Source: Chlorobiaceae bacterium (GTDB lineage Bacteria; Bacteroidota; Chlorobiia; Chlorobiales; Chlorobiaceae). From it: a stretch of 64,000 nt of DNA. Where the stretch lies: NCBI GenBank assembly GCA_013334565.1, contig JAAXXI010000008.1, positions 1,338 through 65,337 on the forward strand. The letters run 5' to 3'. The notes under the pieces are model-generated. The model did not search any database. It was not told the DNA's origin and saw only the letters and a program-made list of their open reading frames with translations. The translations under genes were made by a program, and so were the position numbers. This document shows, one piece after another, positions 43,702 through 54,089 of this stretch. Each line of letters opens with the position of its first letter. Position 1 is the first letter of the stretch.

Positions 43702-44910
43702 TCAGTTGAAAGCCCTTCTGATGCGGTTCACAGCCTCTTCGAGCGAGTCGATGGAAGCTGCATAGGAAAGCCTGAGGTTTTCCGGCGCTCCGAACGCATC
43801 ACCAGGCACGGTTGCCACATAATGGTCCCTGAGGAGGTATTCGGCAACATCCGCGGAATCCTTCATATGGATGCCGTTGAAGGTCTTGCCGAGCACACCG
43901 CTGATATCGGGGAAAATATAGAACGCACCCTGCGGAAGAGCTGTCCTGAAGCCCGGGATGCCGTTCAGGGCCTGGTACATGTAATCACGCCTCTTCTCGA
44001 ATTCGGCGCGGCGCTCTTCGACGACCGACTGGTCGCCGGTGAGTGCGGCTACCGCCGCTTTCTGCGCGATGGCGTTCGGGTTCGAAGTGGTCTGCGACTG
44101 GATCTTGTCGCAGGCGTCGATGAGCCATTTCGGTCCGGCAAGGTAGCCGATCCGCCATCCGGTCATCGAATAGGTCTTGGAAACGCCGTTGCTGACGATC
44201 ACCCAGCCGTCCATCTCCGGTATCCGTGCAGGCGAAAAGGGCTTTACGCCGCCATAGGTGATCATGTCGTACATCTCGTCGGAAACGACGAAAATGCCGC
44301 GCCCCTCGACTACTTTCATCAGCGCGCGGACTTCAGCCTCGCCGTACACTGCGCCGGTCGGGTTCGAAGGCGAGTTCAGCACCAGGATTTTCGTCTTCGG
44401 CGTTATCACGGCCTCGAGCTGCTCCGGAGTCAGTTTGTACTCGTTTTCAAGGGTCGTATGGACGATGACCGGGGTTGCCCCGGCAAGGCGGACCATCTCC
44501 GGGAAGCTGACCCAATAGGGCGCCGGGACGATCACCTCGTCCCCTTCCTGGCAAAGGGCGAGGAAGGTGTTGGCGAGGGTCTGCTTACCGCCGTTGCTGA
44601 CGATGATCTGGTTCACGTTGAACTCGAGGCCGTTGTCACGGCGGAATTTTTCGACGATCGCCTTCTTCAGTTCAGGGATGCCTGAATTTGCCGTGTAGCG
44701 GGTGAACCCGGCCTTTATGGCGTCGATACCGGCCTGGTTGACGAAATCCGGTGTCGGGAAGTCGGGCTCGCCGGCGGAAAGGCTGACGATATCCTTTCCT
44801 TCGGCCTTCATTTTATTGGCAAGGGCGGTAATGCGCATGGTCTGCGATTCCTGCATACTGAGGACCCTGCGGGTGAGATATTGTTCTTCAGGCGTCAAAG
44901 CTGTACACAT
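43702..44910 (-). CDS. Aspartate aminotransferase (class I/II PLP enzyme)
   Basis: [29 protein letters not shown]. Confidence 0.92.
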   Translation of the reverse strand: MCTALTPEEQYLTRRVLSMQESQTMRITALANKMKAEGKDIVSLSAGEPDFPTPDFVNQAGIDAIKAGFTRYTANSGIPELKKAIVEKFRRDNGLEFNVNQIIVSNGGKQTLANTFLALCQEGDEVIVPAPYWVSFPEMVRLAGATPVIVHTTLENEYKLTPEQLEAVITPKTKILVLNSPSNPTGAVYGEAEVRALMKVVEGRGIFVVSDEMYDMITYGGVKPFSPARIPEMDGWVIVSNGVSKTYSMTGWRIGYLAGPKWLIDACDKIQSQTTSNPNAIAQKAAVAALTGDQSVVEERRAEFEKRRDYMYQALNGIPGFRTALPQGAFYIFPDISGVLGKTFNGIHMKDSADVAEYLLRDHYVATVPGDAFGAPENLRLSYAASIDSLEEAVNRIRRAFN

Positions 44911-44922
44911 GATATTGGTTTG

Positions 44923-45426
44923 TTATGATTTGTGTTCGTGTAATTCAGTTCTCTTCCGGTCCAGCATATCCATCACGCAGGGGTGCACGAACTTGCTGAC
45001 GTCCCCCCCGAGCATGGCGACTTCCCGGATAATGGAGGAGGCGACATAGGTATATTTCACATTCGGCATGAGAAAAACCGTCGTGACTTCTGGGTAGAGA
45101 TGGCGGTTCAGGAGCGACATCTGGAACTCGTATTCGAAGTCCTTCACCTGCCGGACCCCCCTGATGATCGCCGTCGCTCCAAGCTGGCGGGCGTAATCGG
45201 CAAGCAGGCCGGAAGAAAGCACCCTGACATCGACCCCTTTCAGTTCGCTGATGATCTCGACGATCATCGCCTTTCTTTCGTCGATGGAAAACAGGGCGTT
45301 TTTCTGGCTGTTTTCAGCGATGACCACGGTCACTTCGTCAAAGATGTTGAGCGCACGCTCGAGCACATCGAGGTGCCCGTTGGTGAACGGATCGAAGGTT
45401 CCTGGATAGATGGCGGTCCTTTTCAT
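44923..45426 (-). CDS. coaD: Phosphopantetheine adenylyltransferase
   Basis: [30 protein letters not shown]. Confidence 0.96.
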   Translation of the reverse strand: MKRTAIYPGTFDPFTNGHLDVLERALNIFDEVTVVIAENSQKNALFSIDERKAMIVEIISELKGVDVRVLSSGLLADYARQLGATAIIRGVRQVKDFEYEFQMSLLNRHLYPEVTTVFLMPNVKYTYVASSIIREVAMLGGDVSKFVHPCVMDMLDRKRTELHEHKS

Positions 45427-45436
45427 GGCGGCAGGC

Positions 45437-45973
45437 TCAATTCCGGAAAAAAGTTACCCTTGTCATGCCATAGTCCTTGTGGAACGAATGCCACTCGGAG
45501 GCGGAAAGGTCGATGGTTGCGCTGTGCTCCACGAGCAGCAGGCCCTCTTCTGCAAGCACCCCGCCCCGGACGATCTTTTCGACCAGGCCGGGGTAATCGG
45601 TCCACGAATAGGGCGGATCGCAGAAAACCAGGTCGAAATGCTCCCTGGTCCGTCCGAGGAAAGCCAATACATCCGAATTGACAATTTTCAGCTTTTCCGG
45701 AGCGGCCAGCTGCAAGGCTGTCGCCTTCATCGATCTCAGGGCATCGGTGTTCTGGTCTACGAAACAGACCTCGGAAGCGCCGCGGCTGAATGCCTCGAAC
45801 CCGAGCGAACCGAAGCCCGCGAACAGGTCGAGCACCCTTGCCCCGTCGAAATCGATCCGTGCCGCAAGGGTGTCGAATATCGATTTTTTTACCCTGCTGC
45901 TGCATGGCCTTACGGCGTTCGACGACGTACTCCTTATTTTCAGCCCCTTGTATATGCCTGCCTGTATCTGCAC
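45437..45973 (-). CDS. rsmD: 16S rRNA m2G966 methyltransferase
   Basis: [30 protein letters not shown]. Confidence 0.88.
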   Translation of the reverse strand: MQIQAGIYKGLKIRSTSSNAVRPCSSRVKKSIFDTLAARIDFDGARVLDLFAGFGSLGFEAFSRGASEVCFVDQNTDALRSMKATALQLAAPEKLKIVNSDVLAFLGRTREHFDLVFCDPPYSWTDYPGLVEKIVRGGVLAEEGLLLVEHSATIDLSASEWHSFHKDYGMTRVTFFRN

Positions 45974-45990
45974 TGTCCCGGTTTCAACAG

Positions 45991-46902
45991 CTAAAAGTCG
46001 CCGAAAATGGTTTCGCCGATAATTTCGAGGGCTTTTTCAGCATCGTCTTTCGAAGGAGGCTTGCCATGCCAGTTCGATTTGTCGGGCATGGTCCCTTCGA
46101 AGAACGGCACGCCCTTGCCCATGACGGTTTCGGCAAGGATCACAGCCGGCCTGTTTCGTTTTTCGCCGTCGCGAAGCTTCTCCACCGTCGCCACAAAGTC
46201 CTCGATATCGTTCCCGTTGCAGTGATGGACATCCCATCCGAACGCACGCCATTTATCGGCGAAAGGTTCGATGCTCATGACATCCTCGACCTGTCCGTCG
46301 ATCTGCTGGTTGTTGTAGTCAACGATGCCGATCAGGTTACCGAGAGCATAATGGGAGGCGCTCATGGCCGCTTCCCATATCTGGCCCTCCTGGCATTCGC
46401 CGTCACCCATGAGGCAGATCACAAAGCCGTCCTTGCAGTCCATGCGAAGTCCGAGCGAAGCACCGACAGCGGCGGAAAGGCCCTGGCCGAGTGAACCGGA
46501 AGCGATCCGGATGCCCGGCAGCTTCGAATCGGATGTCGGGTGGCCCTGTAGGTAGGAATTCAACTGGCGGAGCGAACCGAGCTCATCGATGGCAAAATAG
46601 CCGGAACGGGCCAGAACGCTGTACCAGACCGGCGCGATATGACCGTTGGAAAGAAACACCATATCCTCGTCGTGGTGGTGCCAGAACGCATGGGGCTTGT
46701 GGCGGAGCAGCCTGAAATAGAGCGCGGTGAAAATGTCTGCCATGCCGAGCGAGCCTCCCGTATGGCCGGAGTTGGCCATAGCGAGCATCCTGACGATGTC
46801 GCGGCGGACCTGACGGGCCATTTCCTTGAGCTGTTCTACCGATTCAAGCTCGAGCAGCTTGCCTTTTTTCTCGGCAGGATAGTGTTTTATGTCTCTTGCC
46901 AT
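45991..46902 (-). CDS. Transketolase, N-terminal (TPP-binding) subunit
   Basis: SGHTGGSL, LSNGH, QGHP, GSLGQG, GDGECQEG; C-terminal subunit gene not adjacent. Confidence 0.9.
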   Translation of the reverse strand: MARDIKHYPAEKKGKLLELESVEQLKEMARQVRRDIVRMLAMANSGHTGGSLGMADIFTALYFRLLRHKPHAFWHHHDEDMVFLSNGHIAPVWYSVLARSGYFAIDELGSLRQLNSYLQGHPTSDSKLPGIRIASGSLGQGLSAAVGASLGLRMDCKDGFVICLMGDGECQEGQIWEAAMSASHYALGNLIGIVDYNNQQIDGQVEDVMSIEPFADKWRAFGWDVHHCNGNDIEDFVATVEKLRDGEKRNRPAVILAETVMGKGVPFFEGTMPDKSNWHGKPPSKDDAEKALEIIGETIFGDF

Positions 46903-46975
46903 GGTTTTACAACAAAAATCTTATGGATTGACGAGGCTAAAATTTAAAGGGCTGGTAATAAATAACAAAAAAAAC

Positions 46976-47620
46976 TCAATCATGCTTCCGCTTTCTCTCT
47001 GCAATAAAGCGCCACACGGAAAAAACAACCAGAAGCAGAAAAATCCCGGTAACGGGAAGACTGTACATAGCCACATAACTGCCGATATCCCGCCAGTTGC
47101 TTCCAAGGAGGTATCCCCCGTAAATGAGGAGGATATTCCAGACGGTCGCACTGATTGCTGCGGTGATGAATACCGGCAGGATCCTGAGGTGCATGAGGCC
47201 GGCCATCACGGAAATCACGGCCCGTGAACCGAAAAGAAACCGGTTGACCAGTACCGAGAGATAACCGTGCGTCGTGAATTTATGCCGGATAATTTCCATG
47301 TCTTCCGGGGGGAAAAAACGGTGGACAGCCCGAGAAAGCCAGTTGTGGGTAGGTGTTCCTCCTTCGGCGTAGAGTTTCAGTCCGAGGGACCTGCTGAGCA
47401 GGTAAACCAGCATGAAGCCGCACAGCGAACCTGCGGAAGAAAAAAAGACGGAAGGCCAGAAAGAGACCCTGCTGAAATTGATGAGGTAGCCGATGAACGC
47501 CACGGGGACGTCTCCGGGGATCGGAGGAACGATGTTTTCGAGAAACGCAATCAGAAAAAGAAATGCGTAAATCGCAAACGGATCCGCATGCTGCAGGTAA
47601 GTTATTGCAGATTCAAGCAT
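46976..47620 (-). CDS. DedA family membrane protein
   Basis: LENIVPPIPGD, RFLFGSR, AGLMH. Confidence 0.88.
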   Translation of the reverse strand: MLESAITYLQHADPFAIYAFLFLIAFLENIVPPIPGDVPVAFIGYLINFSRVSFWPSVFFSSAGSLCGFMLVYLLSRSLGLKLYAEGGTPTHNWLSRAVHRFFPPEDMEIIRHKFTTHGYLSVLVNRFLFGSRAVISVMAGLMHLRILPVFITAAISATVWNILLIYGGYLLGSNWRDIGSYVAMYSLPVTGIFLLLVVFSVWRFIAERKRKHD

Positions 47621-47651
47621 CGATATCCCCGGAACGTATCGCCCTCAGATG

Positions 47652-48362
47652 TCAGTCGAGACCGAGAACCCGCCTCTGCACCTCGCTGTATGCGTCCTCG
47701 ACTCCGCCGAGATCGAACCTGAAGCGGTCCTTGTCGAGTTTTTCCTTTGTCTCGAGGTCCCAGAGGCGGCAGGTGTCCGGGCTGATTTCGTCGCCGAGCA
47801 GGATTCCTCCGTCATGGCGTCCGAACTCGAGCTTGAAATCGACCAGCATGAGCTTCCTTTCGGCGAAAAACTCTTTCAGTACGGCATTGATGGCCTCAGC
47901 TCGGCTTTTGAGCACGGCCAGTTCCTCGAGGGATGCCACGCCGAGCGCCACGGCATGGGATTCGTTCATGAGGGGATCGTCGAGATCGTCGTTCTTCAGG
48001 TAAAACTCGACGATGGGCTGCTCGAGGACCGTGCCTTCGGTAAACCCGTAGCGCTTGACCAGCGAACCGGCTGCGATATTCCTCACGACCACCTCGACCT
48101 TGATGATGTCGAGCCTTTTGCACAGCATGTCGCGGTCGGAGAGCTTTTCGACCAGGTGGGTCCTGACGCCTTGCTCTTCGAGCAGCGTGAAAAGCTTGCA
48201 GGATATGGCGTTGTTGACAACGCCCTTTTCAGCTATAGTGCCTTTTTTCTTGTTGTTGAACGCTGTCGCATCGTCCTTGAACTCCTGTATCACCAGATCG
48301 TTGTTCTCAGTCAGAAATACCTTCTTGGCCTTGCCTTCGTGAAGCAGTGTCGTCTTTTTCAT
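47652..48362 (-). CDS. purC: SAICAR synthetase
   Basis: EGKAK, FKDDATAF, VVRNIAAGS, DFKLEFG, DEISPDTCRLWD, DKDRFR. Confidence 0.97.
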   Translation of the reverse strand: MKKTTLLHEGKAKKVFLTENNDLVIQEFKDDATAFNNKKKGTIAEKGVVNNAISCKLFTLLEEQGVRTHLVEKLSDRDMLCKRLDIIKVEVVVRNIAAGSLVKRYGFTEGTVLEQPIVEFYLKNDDLDDPLMNESHAVALGVASLEELAVLKSRAEAINAVLKEFFAERKLMLVDFKLEFGRHDGGILLGDEISPDTCRLWDLETKEKLDKDRFRFDLGGVEDAYSEVQRRVLGLD

Positions 48363-48421
48363 GAGATGTGTTTGTTTTATTGTCGGCTGTCGGAAGCGAC
48401 AGCCATGTCAGAATACAAAAA

Positions 48422-48832
48422 TCATGCGGGCCCGCCGCCCTGATTGTCGGAAGCAGCCTGCTGGACCGCTCCGGTAAGGACGATGGTGATCTGGTCATCC
48501 GTAAGTCCCTTCTCCTTCAGAAAATTCATGAACCGGAACACGCCGAGGTCCGACAGCATGGCTTTCGGCTGGTCCTTTTCTTCGAGACCCCTCTGCCTGC
48601 TGTACTCTGCCGATGTTTCTATCCAGTCCGCGATGAACTGTTCGGACCTGCCGTTCTCAAGGAAGTACCCGGTGACGATACGGACGACATCCTCCCTGCA
48701 TGGTTCGGGATGGGCCATGAACAGGAGCTGCATCTCCTCCGAAATCCGGCCGAGCACGATAACCGCTTCCCGGTCAAGGGTTTCCTCGAGGATATCTTTC
48801 GCCTGCTCCTTGACATCACCCTTATGAGTCAT
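48422..48832 (-). CDS. Hypothetical protein
   Basis: 136 aa ORF with host-like codon usage, co-oriented with purC; no motif recognised. Confidence 0.7.
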   Translation of the reverse strand: MTHKGDVKEQAKDILEETLDREAVIVLGRISEEMQLLFMAHPEPCREDVVRIVTGYFLENGRSEQFIADWIETSAEYSRQRGLEEKDQPKAMLSDLGVFRFMNFLKEKGLTDDQITIVLTGAVQQAASDNQGGGPA

Positions 48833-49080
48833 AACGCTTTACGGATCGTTGGAGAATAAATCACTGAAAGATCAAAAATCCCGTGCAAGTTACACAATCC
48901 TGATGGTAAAGAAAAAAAATTACACCTGAAGGCTTTGGGCAAACAGCGATACGCAATGGCGCTCCTTACCAGCCATGCTCTCCTGTTTAACGGTAATCGA
49001 AGTTTCGCCTTAACCGAGCACTTGTTTTGTGAAATATTCAGTGGCAGGTAATTAAATTTGCCAAAGCGTGTAATGCCGGC

Positions 49081-49812
49081 TCAACTCTCTTTGATTAAAA
49101 CTGCTACAAGAGAAAGGCCGGCAGGTACATTTACTTTACCTATGATATACCGTTCCAAAGCAAAAATTCGTCGTAATAACCAATTAAGCCAACACGGTGG
49201 CAATGATTCATCGGGTGATTCGTCACGAGAAAGTTTTTTCACTCCCCGTGAAGCAAGCACAAATGGCAAAAGCAAATAGTTGAAATAACAGCTGAATATA
49301 ACTTTCAGATCCGCCTTCCTTGCGGTATCCGTAAGTGATTGTTTCGTATAGCGACGAAAATGGTGATGTTTCTCATCATGACGAGACCAGAAAGCAGGAA
49401 AAGCTGGAACAGTCAGAAGAATCTTGCCGTCAGTAGTTAAAAGATCAGCCAGAACTGAAAGCGATCTTGCATCGGCTTCGATGTGTTCAAGTACGTCAAA
49501 AAGTGCAATCAGGTCAAATCGTTCGTCTATGAAAGGTATCTCATCCGGAAGAACCCCATGGCGTATGTCGATACCGGATTTCTTTTTTGCAGCGTCACAT
49601 GAGGGAATATCGAGCTCAAAGGCATCTACGGAACCAAATTTTTGCAGCATTCTCAGGTTCCCGCCGCTGCCGCACCCGGCCTCTAAAATTTTTATTTCTT
49701 TATCGTGAGGAAAAATCCTCGAAATTAGCTCAGAGATAATATCCCGCCTTGCGGAAAACCACCAATGCCTGTTTTCCAGTTCGTTCATCCTGTTATAAAC
49801 GTCACGATCCAT
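49081..49812 (-). CDS. Class I SAM-dependent methyltransferase (type found beside GtrB-like genes)
   Basis: ENRHWWF, LEAGCGSG, FDVLEHI, TVPA, HDEKHHHFRRY; ATG lies 1 nt after the GT2 stop. Confidence 0.85.
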   Translation of the reverse strand: MDRDVYNRMNELENRHWWFSARRDIISELISRIFPHDKEIKILEAGCGSGGNLRMLQKFGSVDAFELDIPSCDAAKKKSGIDIRHGVLPDEIPFIDERFDLIALFDVLEHIEADARSLSVLADLLTTDGKILLTVPAFPAFWSRHDEKHHHFRRYTKQSLTDTARKADLKVIFSCYFNYLLLPFVLASRGVKKLSRDESPDESLPPCWLNWLLRRIFALERYIIGKVNVPAGLSLVAVLIKES

Positions 49813-49813
49813 A

Positions 49814-50770
49814 TCAGGTTTCAGTCTCTTGATGCTGATAAACAGAGCGGACAATATAAAGCGGACGCTGGCGTGATTCTATGTAGATGCGACCGACATA
49901 TTCTCCAATAATTCCAAGGGCAAACATGTTCATCCCGCCAAAAATCAGGATCAGAATCGTCGTTGAGGCATAACCGGGTATATCGATACCAAATAACAAC
50001 GTCCTGAAAAACAGGAACCCTGAGTAGATTATTGATATCAGTGTCATAACGAACCCAATATATGTCCATATCCGCAACGGTATGGTCGTAGAAGCAAAAA
50101 TTCCGTCACATGCAAGCTTCCATAATTTCAAATAGGACCAATGTGTTTCCCCGGCGGATCGGGCAGGACGCTCATAAGAAATTTCAACTGTTTCAAAGCC
50201 AACCCAATTGAACAACTCCTTGTTGAAACGCGAACGCTCACCGATGGTCAGGATTGCATCAACCACTTCCCGGTCCAGCAAACGGAAATCACCGACACCG
50301 AAAGGAATCGGACGTTCCGCTAACAAATTAAATGTCTTATAGAACATCGCTGCGCTCGTACGTTTCAGCCAGCTGTCCTGATCACGGCTTGCGCGACGCG
50401 CGTTTACGATTTTTTTCCCGGACTGCCAGTGCGCGAGCATTTGCTCGATTATTTCAGGAGGGTCTTGCAAGTCCACGTCCATGGGAATCACGGCATCACC
50501 TTTCGCATATTTTATACCTGCTGAAAGCGCCGCCTCCTTGCCGAAATTTCGCGAAAGATTGATCAGGGAAATCCATGGCAACTTATGAGCATAATTCATG
50601 ATCATGCGTTCGGTTGCATCTGTAGACCCATCATTGACGATAACGAGTTCGAAGCGGTATTTCTGCTTAAGCACAGTTATAACGGCATCCAGTCTCTCAA
50701 TAAAGAGATCAATGGAGTGCATTTCATTATGAACCGGCACTACCAGGGATACGAGATATGAGTTGGTCAA
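49814..50770 (-). CDS. GT2 polyprenyl-phosphate glycosyltransferase (GtrB/YfdH-like)
   Basis: VVPVHNE, NDGSTD, LSRNFGKEAAL, DVDLQDPP, GDFRLLDR, two C-terminal TMs, GEYVGRIY..RPLY. Confidence 0.92.
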   Translation of the reverse strand: MTNSYLVSLVVPVHNEMHSIDLFIERLDAVITVLKQKYRFELVIVNDGSTDATERMIMNYAHKLPWISLINLSRNFGKEAALSAGIKYAKGDAVIPMDVDLQDPPEIIEQMLAHWQSGKKIVNARRASRDQDSWLKRTSAAMFYKTFNLLAERPIPFGVGDFRLLDREVVDAILTIGERSRFNKELFNWVGFETVEISYERPARSAGETHWSYLKLWKLACDGIFASTTIPLRIWTYIGFVMTLISIIYSGFLFFRTLLFGIDIPGYASTTILILIFGGMNMFALGIIGEYVGRIYIESRQRPLYIVRSVYQHQETET

Positions 50771-51073
50771 TTGACTCGCTCCGCATTAAATAAATGATGT
50801 TTCCCCTTGATTCAAGGGAAACCTCTGGAAATTATATCCTGCCATGAATACAAACGTTTCTCTCACCTCACCCAATGAGGCTAAACAAAAAAATTGTGAC
50901 CATCGATTAATGGCATAAACAACACATATATTATTATATAACCTCATCAGAGGACTTGCAAAAAAAAAATGGGCAGAATAAGAAGCCTGCCGTATTTGCT
51001 GATATTTTACTAATGAATACTATGTACGACACACACCACCAATTCGAATAATTGTATTTTCGGTTTAAAATAA

Positions 51074-51248
51074 AGGGCCACTCTGTTTATTGTCGTTAGA
51101 AGCTCGAGTGCAAGGCGGACAGAGCCCCGATTTAATTGGGACAAACTTCAAAACCGATGTCCCGACAAGTCGGGATGAGCATTTAGAGCCCGATGTATCG
51201 GGACCAACGCTGCAATCGGGCTTCGGAACAGATAGATAGAGGTGCCCT
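51074..51248. repeat. Structured inverted-repeat element (MITE-like or RNA leader)
   Basis: Imperfect terminal IRs, a second nested IR and three internal cccga-N-tyggg hairpins. Confidence 0.55.
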
Positions 51249-51289
51249 AAATCGCTGAAATAATTCAAAATATTTATAGGGAAGATACA

Positions 51290-52519
51290 ATGAATTCACA
51301 CAGGCATTGGCTTAATCAGGAACGCCTCTCATTTTATCCCCGTATCATTCTGACCTTGCTTCTTATAATTATTTGTTATCTCTGGTTTTTTATGTTTAAT
51401 AATATGGCTGACCCTGTAGGTAAGCCGTTCGGGTACGATTTTATTACATACTGGGCAGCATCGAAACTGGCATTGACAGGACATGCCCAGGATGCTTATA
51501 ACAGTTCCCTCCTTTTCAAAGCACAGCAAATTGCTGTACCGGCAGCATGGCGAAATTCATATACATGGTTTTACCCGCCAGCGTTCTTCCTTTTAGTTCT
51601 GCCTTTTGCTTTGCTGCCTTACATCTTGGCGTACTGGGCATTCATGCTGTCAACACTTTGCGCCTTTGCTCTGGTGATGCGACGCATCGTCCAAGGCAAA
51701 ATAGCAATATGGATTATAGCAGCTTTTCCCGGATTGTGGGTGAACCTCTTTTTTGGACAGAACGCATTCCTGACTGCAACTCTCGCCGGTTCGGCATTGC
51801 TTGGCATCGAACGAAGACCAGTCTTGGCAGGGCTGTTAATCGGACTGCTTGCTGCTATCAAACCTCATCTCGCCCTTCTCTTTCCTGTGGCATTATTAGC
51901 AATTGGAGCGTGGCGCACAATAATAACTGCGGCCCTGACTGCGATAACATGTACGTCAATAGGAACGATAACACTGGGAATCGGTGTGCTGAATGGATTC
52001 ATAGCAAATCTCGATCATGCCCGACTCATGCTGGAAAATGGATTTATTCCCTGGTCGAGAATGCCAACAGTGTTCGCATTCTTGCGTCTTATCGGAATTC
52101 CTGTCGCTTTGACTTACGTTATCCATTTTGTCTTTGCAAGTGGAGTGGTGATTCTTGTATGGCATGTGTGGCGGCGTTGCCAGGACCAGAATTTGCGAGG
52201 AGCAGCACTCATGACGGGGACATTCCTCATCAGCCCTTACTTATTGGATTATGACCTGGTATGGCTTGCCTTCCCTATCGCATGGATAGCATCAGACGGT
52301 ATACGAAATGGCTGGTCATGTGGCGAGCGAGAATTGCTTGTCGTTATCTGGCTTCTGCCTTTACTCATGATGATCCAAATATTTACGTCATATAGTGTGC
52401 AAACAGCGCCTTTTTTGCTCATATCTATGTTATGGATTGCGTCCCATCGGGCTAAGATAACGTCGATTATCAAGGCGACGGAAAACGGGGACCTTAAAGA
52501 TCGTCTCGAAACTATTTAA
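51290..52519 (+). CDS. GT87/DUF2029 GT-C membrane glycosyltransferase, copy 1
   Basis: GYDFITYWAAS, WFYPP, GQNAFL, IKPHL, YDL; about ten TMs. Confidence 0.85.
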   Translation: MNSHRHWLNQERLSFYPRIILTLLLIIICYLWFFMFNNMADPVGKPFGYDFITYWAASKLALTGHAQDAYNSSLLFKAQQIAVPAAWRNSYTWFYPPAFFLLVLPFALLPYILAYWAFMLSTLCAFALVMRRIVQGKIAIWIIAAFPGLWVNLFFGQNAFLTATLAGSALLGIERRPVLAGLLIGLLAAIKPHLALLFPVALLAIGAWRTIITAALTAITCTSIGTITLGIGVLNGFIANLDHARLMLENGFIPWSRMPTVFAFLRLIGIPVALTYVIHFVFASGVVILVWHVWRRCQDQNLRGAALMTGTFLISPYLLDYDLVWLAFPIAWIASDGIRNGWSCGERELLVVIWLLPLLMMIQIFTSYSVQTAPFLLISMLWIASHRAKITSIIKATENGDLKDRLETI

Positions 52520-52644
52520 AAAAACAGTAATAAAAGGCCATAGGAAGGCAATGCCACGATATTCAATAACCACGGTTTTAAAATACTTACGATCCGCCAA
52601 ACGAATGTCTGTTTCGGTAACAAAACAAATACAGGAAAGTTATC

Positions 52645-53880
52645 ATGAAAGTATCTGGGCATTGGCTTAATCAGGAACGCATCTCATTTTATCCCCGCAT
52701 CTTTTTTTTTCTTTACCTTTTAATGATTTGTTCATTATGGTTTTTTATGATTAAAAACATGGTTGATATAAATGGACAACCATTTGGTCATGACTTTATT
52801 GTTTTCTGGACCGCTTCACATCTTGCTTTGACTGGACATGCCCAGGACGCCTACAGCATCCCTTTACTTTTCAAGGCTCAGCAAATTGCCGTACCTTCAT
52901 CGCATGCCGGTAACATATGGTTCTATCCTCCTGCATTTTTTATTGTCGTTTTGCCTCTGGCGTTACTACCCTACTTTGCAGCATACTGGACGTTCATGCT
53001 GCTTACTTTAGGAGCCTTTGTTCTTGTCTTGCGCCGCATAGTCAAGGGAAACACAGCAATGTGGTGTATCGCCGGCTTCTCGGGATTGTGGATCAACCTC
53101 TTTTTTGGACAGAACGCATTCCTGACTGCAACGCTCGCCGGTTCGGCATTACTCTTTGTTGAGCGAAGACCCCTTCTGGCCGGACTGTTCATCGGTCTGC
53201 TCGCGGCTGTCAAACCTCATTTAGCTCTTCTCTTTCCTTTTGCTTTAATCTCAATTGGAGCATGGCAATCGTTGTTCACTGCCGCCTTGACTACCATCGT
53301 ATCTACTGCCATTGGCACTCTAATCCTGGGTACCGGAGTGCTCAGTGGATTCCTTGTAAATCTTAGTTATGCAAGGCAATTTCTGGAAAATGGATTAGAA
53401 ACAAATCCATGGACGCTCATGCCCACTTCATTTGCTTTCGCGCTTCTGCATCGAATACCTGTTGCTTGGGCGTATGCTGTCCATTTTGTCATTGCCATGG
53501 CAGCGATCATTATCGTTTGGCACGTCTGGCGTCGTTGCCATAACATGAACTTGCGAGCAGCATCGCTTATGACTGCAACCTTTCTTGTAAATCCATACTT
53601 TTTTTCTTACGACCTTGCATGGTTAGCCTTCCCGATCGCATGGCTGGCTCTGGACGGGCTCCAGAACGGTTGGCTGCGCGGTGAACGCGAAATACTGCTA
53701 CTTGCCTGGCTGCTCCCGATATTAATAGTGGTTCAGATATTTACACCCCTGATTCTGCCGATTGGGCCGCTGGTGCTTTTCAGTCTCTTGTGGATTACTG
53801 TCCGACGGTCTGATGCAGATTCAATGAGGTATGCTACGAAAACAAGCGGCCATACAGATCAATTCGAAACGGTTCGGTAA
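52645..53880 (+). CDS. GT87/DUF2029 glycosyltransferase, copy 2
   Basis: GHDFIVFWTAS, WFYPP, GQNAFL, VKPHL, YDL. Confidence 0.85.
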   Translation: MKVSGHWLNQERISFYPRIFFFLYLLMICSLWFFMIKNMVDINGQPFGHDFIVFWTASHLALTGHAQDAYSIPLLFKAQQIAVPSSHAGNIWFYPPAFFIVVLPLALLPYFAAYWTFMLLTLGAFVLVLRRIVKGNTAMWCIAGFSGLWINLFFGQNAFLTATLAGSALLFVERRPLLAGLFIGLLAAVKPHLALLFPFALISIGAWQSLFTAALTTIVSTAIGTLILGTGVLSGFLVNLSYARQFLENGLETNPWTLMPTSFAFALLHRIPVAWAYAVHFVIAMAAIIIVWHVWRRCHNMNLRAASLMTATFLVNPYFFSYDLAWLAFPIAWLALDGLQNGWLRGEREILLLAWLLPILIVVQIFTPLILPIGPLVLFSLLWITVRRSDADSMRYATKTSGHTDQFETVR

Positions 53881-54089
53881 GTGTCTTGTTTACTTTTATG
53901 TAGATTGCAAAAACGACAGGTTGTTTTGTTGTGGTTCAGAACCGGGCGGAGAAAAGCGCTATCGCAGTTAAGCGGTTTATCGAGTAGCTGTAAATAGCAC
54001 CCGGCAAGTATTACTGTTGGAAAAAGAAGCATTAACACTCAGAAGACTCGTTTTTACAATTCCAGCTAATGTGATTAAAACAAATAACG

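Noticed and set aside
45991-46902. Transketolase as a truncated pseudogene
   Set aside because: The ORF is intact and ends at the normal boundary of the N-terminal subunit of split transketolases.
51121-51208. Mini-CRISPR reading of the short direct repeats
   Set aside because: Only two or three degenerate units, irregular spacing and no cas genes; better explained as part of the hairpin element.
53940-54006. Possible small structured RNA between GT87 copies 2 and 3
   Set aside because: Stems are only 4-5 bp and are not repeated in the other spacers; consistent with chance.
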